Shown: positions 14,132-26,293, counted from the whole stretch's first letter. The stretch is DNA of 63,963 nt, filler included, from Craspedostauros australis (GCA_030167865.1; 16 parts of 16 records of this genome joined end to end with filler, not necessarily neighbours in it), one strand, 5' to 3'. Translations and numbers: made by a program. Notes: generated by a model not told the origin, from the sequence alone.

Positions 14132-16330
14132 GAATCGGTGCATTGACGCATCAACACATCCGAACATTGGCGCATCAACACATCCGAACATTGGCGCATC
14201 CTCGCATCAACACATCTGAACATTGGCGCATTCACTCGTCCTCTCATCAACACATCCAAACATTGGCACGTCCACACATCAACACATCTGCACATTCGAA
14301 CATTGGTGCATTCACTCGTCGTCGCATCAACACATCTGCACACTGGCGCATCCACTCGTCGTCGCATCAACACATCCGAACATTGGCACATTCACTCGTC
14401 CTCGCATCACCACATCCGAACATTGGCGCATCCGATCATCCGAACATTGGCGCATCCACGCGTTGTCGCATGAACACATCCAAACCTTGGCACATCCACT
14501 CGTCCTCTCATCAACACATCCGAACATTGGCGCATCCACTTGTCGTCACATCAACACATCCAAACATTGGCACATTCACTCGTCCTCGCATCAACACATC
14601 TGCACACTGGCGCATCCACTCGTCGTCGCATCAACACATCCGAACATTGGCGCATCCGATCATCCGAACATTGGCGCATCCGATCATCCGAACATTGGCG
14701 CGTCCACGCGTTGTCGCATGAACACATCCAAACATTGGCACATCCACTCGTCCTCTCATCAACACATCCGAACATTGGCGCATTCACTCATTCTCGCATC
14801 AACACATCCAAACATTGGCGCATTCACTCGTCCTCGCATCCACTCGTCGTCGCATCAACACATCTGAACATTGGCGCATTCACTCGTCCTCGCATCAACA
14901 CATCCGAACATTGACACGTCAACTCATCCTCATATCAACACATCCGACCATTGGCGCATCCACACATCCCCGCATCAACACATCCGAACATTGGCGCGTC
15001 CACACATCAACACATCTGCACATCCGAATTGGCGCATTCACTCATCCTCCCATCAACACATCCAAACCTTGGCACATCCACTCATCCTCGCATCAACACA
15101 TCCAAACATTGGCGCGTCCACTCATCCTCACATCAACACATCCGAACATTGGCGCATTCACTCGTCCTCTCATCAACACATCCAAACATTGGCACGTCCA
15201 CACATCAACACATCTGCACATCCGAACATTAGCGCATTCACTCGTCCTTGCATCAACACATCCGAACATTGGAGCATCCACTCATCCGAACATTGGCGCA
15301 TCCACTCATCCGAACATTGGCACGTCCACGCGCGTTCACACCAACACATCCAAACATTGGCGCGTCCACTCATCCTCGCATAAACACATCCAAACATTGG
15401 CGCATTCACTCATCCTCGNNNNNNNNNNNNNNNNNNNNNNNNNNNNNNNNNNNNNNNGCATCAACACATCCAAACATTGGCGCATCCGATCATCCGAACA
15501 TTGGCGCATTCACTCGTCGTCGCATCAACACATCCGAACCTTGGCACATCCACTCATCCTCGCATCAACACATCCGAACATTGGCGCGTCCACGCGTTGT
15601 TGCATAAACACATCCAAACATTGGCACATCCACTCATCCTTGCATCAACACATCCGAACACTGGCACATCGACTCATCGTTGCATCAACACTTCCGAACA
15701 TTGGCGCGTCCACGCGTTGTCGCATCAACACATCCGAACACTGGCACATCCACTCATCCTTGCATCAACACATCCGAACATTGGCGCGTCCACGCGTTGT
15801 CGCATCAACACATCCNNNNNNNNNNNNNNNNNNNNNNNNNNNNNNNNNNNNNNNNNNNNNNNNNNNNNNNNNNNNNNNNNNNNNNNNNNNNNNNNNNNNN
15901 NNNNNNNNNNNNNNNNNNNNNNNNNNNNNNNNNNNNNNNNNNNNNNNNNNNNNNNNNNNNNNNNNNNNNNNNNNNNNNNNNNNNNNNNTCCACGCGTTGT
16001 CGCATCAACACATCCAAACATTGGCGCATTCACTCGTCCTCGCATCAACACATCTGAACATTGGCGCGTCCACTCATCCTCACATAAACACATCCGAACC
16101 TTGGTGCATCCACTCATCCTCACATCAACACATCCAAACCTTGGCGCATCCACTCATCCTCGCATCAACACATCCGAACATTGGCGCATCCACACGTTCT
16201 CACATCAACACATCAACACATCAACACATCAACACATTCACACATTCACACATCAATGCATGGGCACATTGGCGCATCAACACATTTGCACATTGACCCA
16301 ACAACTCAACAGCACAACATTGGAGACATT
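14132..16330. repeat. Degenerate higher-order tandem repeat built from 8-bp modules (consensus 40-mer GCATCAAC-ACATCCGA-ACATTGGC-GCATTCAC-TCGTCCTC)
   Basis: Dozens of copies of GCATCAACACATCCRAACATTGGC, separated by 8- or 16-bp modules from a small vocabulary. Interrupted by two N gaps. Confidence 0.95.
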
Positions 16331-16335
16331 TCACA

Positions 16336-17768
16336 ATGGTGGGCACCGATCCACGTTTCTACAAGAATGGGCCTGATGCCAATGAGCTCATGAAGGCATT
16401 CTTGGCTGATCCCACGAAATGGCACTGGGAGGCAGCACCTTTGCGTCTGCAACATTCGTTCTTACTCAAGTATGATGCAAAGAAGTTCGTTCGGACTCTA
16501 CGTGAGTTCAAACGGACATTGGTGAAGAAGGGTTTGTTTCACCGTAAGTACTGCATGCCCAGCCACACAATCAAAGCTCCATCATGAACTCGTCTGCTTG
16601 TATTCAGGTGCCTTCTCATCTATTTTCTATCTTTCCTATGACTCCAACCTTTGGCATTCATCTCTTCATCATCCATTGCAGAGGATGGCAAGCGAAACAA
16701 GGTCTCGATACATAGGCTTGGTGCCAACCTCCGTCCTGTGGATGTACCAGAAGCCAAAAATGCTGAGTTGGAACCAACCAATCACGATGCCAACTCTTCC
16801 ACCAGTCATAACACCACCAACAGCCATGCCAACAACACCAGGAGCGGAACCANCAGGAACAANACACGCAGAAACAGCACCAACAGACGAAGCACACGGG
16901 GCCGTATGTACGAAGCATCACATGAAGGTGACACTGCCCGCCCTCTTGGAATCAACAGCACAAATGAGAGCAGCAGCAGCAGCAGCAGCACATCCGATGG
17001 GTCATCTGAATCATCAGATGACGTGGAGGGCACAGATTCTGACAATGACATGGAATACCTTGGCACTACCAACCAACCAGGCCAATGTGGATCTACGAGC
17101 ATGCCCTATGACCCCATCTCTGCAAGATTCGGCCACTTTTTTGAGCTATCAGAATCCCAACGAGTTGCAAAGTTTCGAAAGCTGAGCCGCACCATCGAGG
17201 TCTTCCACACAACTCAGGTGTGGAGACCTCGTGGTGAAAGGTATCGCATGGTTGGGGTTGACTTCCACATGCCTGCGTGCACCACCAGGGATGATGCGAC
17301 AGTGACCATCCAAAGTCGGAAGGTGGATGGAGTACCTCGGATGTTCCTGGTGTTGCTATACAAGCCACCAACGGCTTTTGGAAAGGACGGAAGCATCGTG
17401 GACATCCTGATTGACAAGTTGGGTCATCCTTTCTCTGATGCAGGGCAGAAACGTTCTGCCCATGTGCAACAGTTCCGGAACGAAGACTTTGCAGAGTCCT
17501 TCCGTTCGGAAATGCTTGTACCCATGCCATTTCCTATCGATTCCATCTTCTGTGACACACCATGCCGAAGATTGGGAGGAGTGGTCTGGTTACGTCATGC
17601 TGTGAAGGACAATGATGGTGCAACCCACAACATGCTTACAATAACGGTACGTTTGAAGGAAGCAACCAATGTTGGGGTGACCCGGCACTTTTCTGTGTGC
17701 CATGGTCTGGGCTTTGCAGATGGTGACGGAAGCCATCCTGATGTTAGTGACCAAGTCACTAACACACC
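16336..17768 (+). CDS. Uncharacterised protein directly after the octamer array, 2 exons (16336-16543, 16682->contig end), possibly transposon-associated
   Basis: ATG 16336. The phase-1 intron 16544-16681 (GTAAGT..TTGCAG) joins ORF 16336 to ORF 16651 (GLFH-Q-DGKRNK). Basic helical N-terminus (KYDAKKFVRTLREFKR), Ser/acidic linker, globular C-terminal region. Confidence 0.55.
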
Positions 17769-17868
17769 NNNNNNNNNNNNNNNNNNNNNNNNNNNNNNNN
17801 NNNNNNNNNNNNTTAATTAATTAANNNNNNNNNNNNNNNNNNNNNNNNNNNNNNNNNNNNNNNNNNNN

Positions 17869-19623
17869 GTTCACTCCACTCACGAAACCGCTATGGGTTG
17901 CCATGAGTCTGTCGAACGTGATGCGTTGCCCGCGCTTCTCCAAGCTCATCACAACACCTTGGTTGCTGATGTCGAAGCCGTTCTCGAGAGCTTTGTTGAT
18001 GCTCAAGAGGTTCACCCACAGGTTGGGCACGAACTTCACTTGCTTGAGCACAATGGTAGCTTGGTTCCCGTTCTTCTGCATCGCGACCATGCGTTTATCG
18101 CCAACCTTCGTTGCCTTGAGGTATCGGCCGCTGCCGATCTTGATGGAGTGGTTAGCCACACGCACGTTAGTCATGCCTTCTTCGCTATTGGTGAGGTGGC
18201 ATGAGGCACCGGAATCACCCAGCCATGTGTTTGTTTCGTGGTGGTCAGGGGCGATGGTGTGGCGGAGTGCGCTTGCATCGTCGAGGTCACCGATCACCAT
18301 AGCCATGTCTGGTTGAACGTCTTCGAGGTCGCCGATCACCATGGCCATGTCCAGCTGTGCATCGGCCGCGCGGTAGATGGGGAGCTGATTGAATACCTCA
18401 GGGTCTCGGACTCCTTGGTCACTTGGATGGTGCATCCACATCAGCATCTCTGCGGCGTGCTGAACCAGGCTGTCGATGAGCCCTCTGTGGATGGGTGGCA
18501 AGTTGAGCTCCTCAAGTCTTGCGTTGATGTGTTGCACGGCTTGCACCAATTGCAGTGGCGTGAACACGTCGATGCGGTGCATCATGTAGTAGAGTGTGCG
18601 AGGGTTCAGGCTTTCTCCTCCTCCTTCGGTGTACGCATGCGCTGCGTCGCAGCACAGTAGGGCGAGCTCAGAGCGCACTTCATCAGCGACCATCATGTTG
18701 CTGAGAGAGTATCTCATTGCGACATGCAGAGGTCCTGCGGTCCAGAGCTTCTGGCGGCGCGTCATGATGTCTTGGATTGTAGTTGGCACCGCCCTGGCAG
18801 GGGGGTTTGCCAGTTGGATGAGGAACGGCGAGTTACGGCAGGTCTTGCACATGGCGTAGAGAGGGCCGCGCTGAAAGCACAGNNNNNNNNNNNNNNNNNN
18901 NNNNNNNNNNNNNNNNNNNNNNNNNNNNNNNNNNNNNNNNNNNNNNNNNNNNNNNNNGGTTCGAGAGTAGATGGTGGAGGTGACGCGATGGTCGACTCCA
19001 GGCATCGCTACTTCATTCTCCATGATGTCTCCGACGTTGAGGGGTTCATCCTCGTAGAAGATCCCTTCGAAGAGATTGTCCTCGTCGGTGTAATCGTCTT
19101 CATCGCTTGATGGGAATTGCTCGCGGTTGATAGTCTCAACTGCAGCAACTGGGGGCCCGTAGTATCCGTACACACTTGGGGTGTGGGCCTCTCGTTCTTC
19201 TTCAGAGTACTCGTTCTTTTCTTCGAGGTCGAGTCCGATCATATCTTCGTCGGTGGTTGCGAGGGCCATGTCGTTGATGAACGACTCGTAGTGCGCCATG
19301 CTGGTGGTGTTGATTGTTTGGTTTTTCTTGATGTTCGTGATTTCGTCGATTGTCACGATGCTTGGGTTGGTCACATTTTTTACCTCAACGGGGTCGTTTT
19401 CGAGCTCGTTGGTGGGGAAACACACCAATTCTCCGTTGTTGACCGACTTGTCTTCGTCGGGTAACCACATTGATTCATCGGTCATCACGAGACCGATTTC
19501 GTCTTCTTCGTCGTTAGCGGGCATCCACATGGGTTCATCTACTACGATGAACGCGGCGTTGTCTGCCGTGATAAAACGATAATGAAAACGAGGTGAACTT
19601 ACTGAACGCCGAAGGGTGATCAA
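17869..19623 (-). mobile_element. Ty1/copia (CoDi-like) pol fragment: long acidic/helical pre-protease region plus aspartic protease
   Basis: Copia protease motif WLGDSGASCHLTN...IKIGSG...KVGD...LKQVKFVPNLWVNLLSI. Runs into the contig end. Confidence 0.85.
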
Positions 19624-19873
19624 TCCGTGGTAGTGCAGTAGGTTGGTGAGTTTGATTGCAAGAGTGTGTCTTAGTCTTTAGAGCTGTATGAATCCAAATG
19701 AGACTTTCAATTGGATTGTGAGCATGTGATGTGCAGCATCCATTATAGTTGGATCTGCAACATCTCTATTAGTNNNNNNNNNNNNNNNNNNNNNNNNNNN
19801 NNNNNNNNNNNNNNNNNTTAATTAATTAANNNNNNNNNNNNNNNNNNNNNNNNNNNNNNNNNNNNNNNNNNNN

Positions 19874-19987
19874 AGGTGAGCTTCAAATGGTAAGTACTCA
19901 TGGAGTAGGAACCAGTACTGAATGAACAGAGTGTCGAATGCGGAGTACGCATCGAACACAGAATATCGTGTAGCACGAGCACACGAT

Positions 19988-20025
<38 letters not shown>

Positions 20026-20234
20026 CAGAGAGGAGCGAGAGAGCATCTCGCGTACCGACTCATAGTCGGAGACTGAATCTACNNNNNNNNNNNNNNNNNN
20101 NNNNNNNNNNNNNNNNNNNNNNNNNNNNNNNNNNNNNNNNNNNNNNNNNNNNNNNNNNNNNNNNNNNNNNNNNNNNNNNNNNNNNNNNNNNNNNNNNNNN
20201 NNTCGTAGGTTACCGTGAGCGGAACTTGCCAACA
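19874..20234 (+). repeat. 3' part of the 5' LTR of a copia element
   Basis: Ends CCGTGAGCGGAACTTGCCAACA, identical to the end of the LTR at 52316-53093. Also shares TACTCATGGAGTAG, a (GA)n tract and GCGAGAGAGCATCTCGCGT with it. Lies just upstream of gag. Confidence 0.8.
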
Positions 20235-20316
20235 CGTTTATAAACGATAGATCAGGGCGAGCCCGTGGATCGGATCGTGCGAGGAAGACGAACATCATTC
20301 AAGAGCTGCAGGCTGA

Positions 20317-21477
20317 ATGAGCGAGGAAGAGGAATTGAGAGACATCCCTCTGTCCAATCCGACTATCAAGAGAGAAGAAGGTGCGAGTGAGACTCCACCA
20401 CGACAAGAGAAGGAAGCAGCCGCGGCTACTGTCCTATCAGGCGCAGACGCAAGTGCGATCGACGAGACCGAAGAAGAACGGTCTGCAAGACTACACCGTA
20501 AGGAGAAGAGGATTCTCAGGGCGGTCAAGCAAGAGGAGACTGGTGTGACGAAGAGCATTCGCACAGCCAAACAGGGTGGGAAAAGTGAGACACCATCAGG
20601 AGGAGAATTTGTGAGCAAATCAATCCTCGTGAAACAACAAGCGAAAGCCGAAGAATCGGTAACACAGAAACCGACGGAAATCAAGGGCGCGAGCGCACTA
20701 ACAACGAAACAACGAATCAACATGGCGACATCAGCCAACGTGAACAAGCGACGCATCAAGGCGCCGATGTTCAGCGGTGAACAGGAAGACTACAGCGCAT
20801 GGGAGTCCCAAGCGAAGGCATACGCTCGTACACAGAAGACGAAAGATGTGATGTTGAGCAAGACCAAGGTGCCAACAGTGAGCGAGATCGCGGCAGCCGC
20901 CGATGAAGATAAGGAAGCGATGGAGGAGATCTACGAACTGGGATGCGACTGCTTCAGCGACCTGATCCTCATGATGGATGCAGAGAAAGGAAAAGGTAAG
21001 CAGGCCATCCAATACATCAACCAATGCATCTCCGACGACTACCCTGAAGGAGACGCACACGCAGCGTGGAATGTTCTCGCGAAGAAGTTCCGACCATCCG
21101 ATGCGGTGACGAAGATCAAACTCAAGCGCCAATTCAACAACGAAAAGATGAAGAGAGACACAGACCCCGACATCTACATCACGCGACTCGAAGGTTTACG
21201 ATCGCGTCTCCACGATGTCAAGTACGAGATCACGGACGAGGAGATGATCATGCAGATCCTCAGCACGGTGAGCGTGGAATACAAAACCCACGTCGTGAAC
21301 TTCCATCACCAACTCACGTTCAATCCGGAACTGGTCACCATCAACACGATCAGAGGAGTACTTCGCACAGCATACGCCACTCATCAAGGAGGCAAGGCGT
21401 ACATCGACGACTTCCAAGACAGCAACACGAAGAGCAACGACACTGGCTTCACAAGCACCGGTAACTTCAAGGGTACT
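20317..21477 (+). mobile_element. Ty1/copia gag (Retrotran_gag_2/UBN2-like), 3'-truncated
   Basis: PMFSGEQEDYSAWESQAKAY...GDAHAAWNVLAKKF...LKRQF...DPDIYITRLEGLRSRL...EMIMQIL...EYKTHV. Follows an LTR end. Confidence 0.85.
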
Positions 21478-21577
21478 NNNNNNNNNNNNNNNNNNNNNNN
21501 NNNNNNNNNNNNNNNNNNNNNTTAATTAATTAANNNNNNNNNNNNNNNNNNNNNNNNNNNNNNNNNNNNNNNNNNNN

Positions 21578-24500
21578 GTCGGCTTGGACGAACGCGTTCG
21601 AAAAATCGATCGATGTCGTAACCCAGCGGAGCAAAATGGAAAGGATGAGAAAGACGCGAACAGATGACCATGCGACAACCGGAGCGTAGGTTGCTTCCGT
21701 TTCGGTCATCATATCGCCTCTGCAGCACCATCGGCCTTTTTACTTCTTGACCGTCCCGTCGGGCATTCGCTTGCGTCGGAATACCCATGTGCCCGGGAAG
21801 ATGCGATCGGTGGTGGAGGATTTCGGCACCTCAATCCACGTTCCTTTGTTGGTGAGGTCGTGAATTTCCTTGTGCGCGGCGGCCATCCATTCGCTTTTGT
21901 TGTCGTCATTCATGGCCTCGTTGAAGGAAAGAGTGTCAGGGTCAGCTTTTGATGCCTTGTAGCTGTAGTGACGATCTGCGATATCGAGGTCACCGCCGCT
22001 GGTGAAGAAGCTGAGCAGGTCGTATGTGATGAGGGCACTGTGGTTGTCGTTGTCGTCGTGCTCGACCGCTGCTGCCATCGCGTAGTGTTCGTCGGTTTCA
22101 TCGTCATGCTGCGGTGGTTGGTGGGCGTAGTGAGTTGATGCCGAAGCGTGCTGTTCGGCCGGTTCGAATTCGCTCGGTGGGGCCATGATTGTTGGTGGTA
22201 CCTCGGGTGCGACTCCAAGTTGGATGTGCAGGTAAAGTACTCCGATCTCAAATCGCTCGTCATGCGTGATGAGATGCCATGCGAAGCCTGCTCGTCGCAT
22301 GAAATCCTGTACCCGTTCGTCTTCGTCCGGTGGTCGTAGACCGTTCTCCATGGCCGCGATGGCTCGTTCCAGGGTATACCGTTGACCTTGTATTCGTGGT
22401 ATGAATCCGAAGTACGAGACGGGGAGGTGATACTCACCTGTTTCGAGCATTTCGTCGACGGCGTCAACGAACCTACGGATGGCGTAGTAGATGCACTGGC
22501 TCCTTGCGGCCTCCGTCGGGAATCGGAACTGCACCACATGGTCAAAGTAGTGGCGGATGTGCCGAGTGATGTTGACGTGGTGTGGCCACAGGTGACCGAT
22601 GTCGATGGGGTCCATGGGGTGACCGGGGAATGAGTCGTCATCCTCTGAGGACGAGCCGGATTGGTTGCTCATCATGAGGATGTGGTGTTCATGCGGCGAT
22701 GTTGCTTCATCGGCCGCTGCCTCCTCTTGTTCCCTNCGCATCTCGGCCCGGATCTCGAGCTGTCTTGCACGTAGCATCCGTTCCATCTCGAGGTCGCCCT
22801 GCGCCCAACGCCGTTCGTCCTTTTGTAGCTCTTTGGTATCGATGGTCTTCAAATTTCGGAGCATGGATTCCGCGTCACGGACCAGGACCTTGGCTTTTTG
22901 TGTTACCTGGTCGTCAGGGTGCTCTGTGAACTCCATTAGTGACTGGCGGCACTCCTGTAGGACCTTCTTCATGCTCTGTACCGCTTGGGTCTTGCTGGGG
23001 TTACCTGTGTGTTGAGTTGTCACGTTGGCGCTAGCTTCGATGGGTAGCGTGTCGTCATCTGCCCACACGACTTTGCCCCCTAACTTATCGTAGGTGAGCC
23101 GCTCGACGGTTTTGCGTTCTCTTGGCTCTCGCTTGTTGATACGCTCCGAGCGGCGAAGCGGAGGCGGCCTTGTTGGTTTGGCCTTGTCTCTTTTCGTTGG
23201 CGCGTGGATGGGTTCACGAGGTGGCGAAGCTGGAGGGGAATCACTTGAGATCGGCATGACACCACTTTCGTCGTCGTTTGTCGCTCCCTCTGTTGATGGT
23301 AACAGGTTTGGCGAAGTTGTGACGACACGTTCTTTCGGCTCCTCGCCTCCCTCTGTTGGTGGCTCTGGTGGTGTGCGTGTGTGGTCTTCAACAGTATCCG
23401 CTGGTTGGGAGGTTGGTTGAGGTGGTTGCACTTGATCGATCGGTGTTGCGTCGTTGTTCACTTCCGGTTCCGATGGCTGCCTCAAAATGTGAGCTGGTGG
23501 ATCCGTGTCGATCGGAGTTCGCGTGGGTGCTTGTTGCGCGCCTGATGACGGCGGTGGCATCGGCACATCGTTGATTGAGTGAAACCGTCGATGATCGTTT
23601 GCGTCTTCACGTTCGATGTCTCTTTCTTCCATGGCGATGATGTCTTCGTCGTCGAAAGGAATCTGGTAGGTTGTATCGCCGAACATGTGGGTCCACTCGC
23701 TAGTGTTGTAGTCGGGAAGGTCGCTTGGGTTGGTTGCGATGGTTGCGAACCAATCGTCAAAAACGACGTGAAATTGCGGGGTGATCGATCCTGTCCGTGG
23801 TGACAACACCAGGGGGACTGTTGATGCGTGGCGGGTGGAGAGGCCCATGTTGACATACCGTTCTCCGCGTGGTTCCCATCGTGGGATCTTGCGGCCATCG
23901 CCAAGGGCTTTGTTCAACACGTACACTGGGCTGCCCCACACATGAAGGTTGTGGAGTTGCTTCAACGGAATGCGCGAACGCGACAGGATGTCCATTGGTG
24001 TCAATCCGGTGGCTGCGTTGGGGACCCGATTATGAATGTACGCTGCATGTACGACCGCCATGGGCCAATGCTGTGCGTCAAACATTGTCGGCCAGTGAAT
24101 GCTCTGATGCATCATCATTGTGCGTGCCATTGAAATGATGGTACGGATGCTCCGCTCAGCCACTCCGTTGTGATGGTGAGCACCGACTCCAGCGAAACGA
24201 TGCACTTGATGGAAGCGCTCAAGGTGTTTGGTGTAGTCTGGAGATGTGAAGGTGGTGGCATTATCCGAGAGATAGGAGCGCACTGGCACTCCCACATCGC
24301 GGCACATGGACTCAAATCGTGTCTTGGCTTCGAGGGTTGCATGAGTGGTGAGGGACGCAACAGGTTCGACGTGAATGTACCCTGATGCATGGTCCACAAA
24401 CATCGCTCCGCCCTTGTACATTTCCGAGGCGTCAGATTTGCCCCTTCCAGTGAACAGGCGGCCCAGCGTGCGCCCCACGAAGTGATCCACGGAGACCTGT

Positions 24501-24605
24501 TGGCCAGGGAAGAGATGATCAGTTTTGATCACACCCTGTCGGTCCAGTATTGCGTGCTGTGTTGTGCCTGGCGTAGGTCTGCGGTGTTGTTTGCCGAATT
24601 GGCAT
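21578..24605 (-). mobile_element. Ty1/copia (CoDi) pol fragment: integrase, long linker and start of RT; in-frame stop at 21740-21742
   Basis: Integrase PGQQVSVDHF...FVDHASGY...SDNATTF...AHHHNGVAERSIRT. RT start DPDTLSFNEAM...EIHDL...GTW...GTWVFRRKRMPDGTVKK*KGRWCCRGD...YAPVVAWSSVR...IDFSNAFVQA. The IN-before-RT order is copia type. Confidence 0.92.
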
Positions 24606-24705
24606 NNNNNNNNNNNNNNNNNNNNNNNNNNNNNNNNNNNNNNNNNNNNTTAATTAATTAANNNNNNNNNNNNNNNNNNNNNNNNNNNNNNNNNNNNNNN
24701 NNNNN

Positions 24706-26188
24706 GGACTGTGGCCTGAACAGCACGGTAGACTTTGCCCTGGATGATGACTTCGTCAGAAGTGTTGGTGTTGGTCGTGGCATTGGCCAGCATGCGCTTG
24801 ATGGCCTCGCCGGGAAGGTCGTCAGAACCGGCGCTGCCGGAGGTCGAGGTGGACTTGGTTTGCCCACTGCCCCCATTGCCAGTGGTGGATGTCTTGTTGG
24901 CCTGTCTGTTCGATGCATCCCTGGTGTACTTGGGGTCCCAGGTACCCTTGGACTGCATATGGGCCTTCTTCTGGTCCCATGTCATTTGCTTCCATTCGTT
25001 GTCTGGGATTCGCTTGTTCGTGCTCTTGTTCTTGGATTGGTTGGTCTTGTTCTCGTTGTTGCTTGCGTCCTTGTTTGTGTTGTTGACCCTACGCTTGGTC
25101 TTGTTGCGTGGGACGCGGAGATCGTTGCGCTGTGCGGATCTGCGAACAACACCAAGGAAGGCATCGAAGTCCAACCTGAAGTCGGTCTTTCCTGTTGCCA
25201 ACGCCAAGTTGCTTTGGAGAGCATCGGCGTCGTCAAGGGAACGGAAGAGATCGGCGTCAGGGGTGATGGCCTCCTTGAGCCACTGGAGCTTCCAGTCCTC
25301 AGAGACAGGTGCATCCTGGATCTCCTCAAGGTCGTTGATCTTGCTGAGCCAGCTGTTCACGAAGGCTTTGCGGCTGCCGTTCCAGGAGTGGTTCAGCTTG
25401 AGGTTTCGGATCTCCTCCTGGATCAGCTGGGCCTTGTTGGCTGCAGCTACTCCGGTTGCATACTCTTCACGGAGCATGGTATACACCCCATGACCGTTCT
25501 CGTCATCGGCGTATGCCTGGAGACAGTTGCGGCTCTTCGTGGTCCTGAGGCAGTGGGTCAAGACGTAGAAGAGGAAGGTGCGCTGTTTGTCAAACAGCTC
25601 AGACTCGTCTTGGGTCGGTAGGTACTCGGGGTCCACGACGTTCTTCACACCGTGCGCTGCAGCGGTGGCTCGGAGACGTTGGTCGAAGACCATGAACTGG
25701 TCATCGCTCTTCAGGATCGGATAGTCGCTGAGGTTCCGCTTGATGCCCTTGTCGAAGGCAGCGGCTCCATCAGAGACAGGTTCAGGAGGTGGTGGTGGTG
25801 TCACCATGGATGACATGGTGGGTTCGGGTGTCGGCATAGAGGCATTCATGCGCTTCTTGAGTTCGGTTCGCATGAAGCTCTGGAGCCTCGCAGCGTTCAA
25901 GTCAAGCCAGACGGAGTCGCCTTCGCCAGCTTGCACGTCATACCACATTGGGAGTGCGAGGATCTTGCGAATGTGCAACGCAGTCAATCGGCATGAGTAT
26001 GGGTCTCCCGTGGTGGGAGTGATGTCGCGATGAAGACCGTCGAGGTCTTCCTTGGTGAGGAAGGTGAGGTCGTCAACGTTCTCCACCGCTGCGTTGATGA
26101 TAACGCGGCGATGGTCGGAGTCGTCGGAGATACCCACGGCCTTGAGGACGTGGTTCAGTACGGTGATGGGGTCGGTGGGTTCTGTCAT
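24706..26188 (-). mobile_element. Ty1/copia (CoDi-type) gag ORF, 3'-truncated
   Basis: ORF of about 490 aa with FDKGIKRNLSDYPILK...ATAAAHGVKNVVDPEY...LKLNHSWNGSRKAFVNSW...KLQWLKEAI and RIPDNEWKQMT, as recalled for diatom CoDi gags. Candidate LTR end (TGTT on + strand) at 26437. Confidence 0.75.
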
Positions 26189-26196
26189 CTTGTTTG

Positions 26197-26293
26197 GTTC
26201 GGTTCGTCACGGAGAAGCGGATACGCTGTGCTCGGTGTATTCGTTTGTTCGGTTCGTCACGGAGAAGCGGATACGCTGTGCTCGGTGTGTTCG
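26197..26293. repeat. Two tandem ~50-bp copies in the 5' leader of the gag ORF
   Basis: GTTCGGTTCGTCACGGAGAAGCGGATACGCTGTGCTCGGTGT starts at 26197 and again at 26247. Confidence 0.9.

Noticed and set aside
14132..16330. CRISPR array
   Set aside because: The spacers are short and reused from a small vocabulary related to the repeat itself; no cas genes; eukaryotic context.
13933..16376. Long His/Ser/Thr-rich ORFs (262, 493 and 299 aa)
   Set aside because: These are by-products of a stop-poor 40-bp repeat. The same peptides appear in all three frames, and indels follow an 8-bp rather than 3-bp register.
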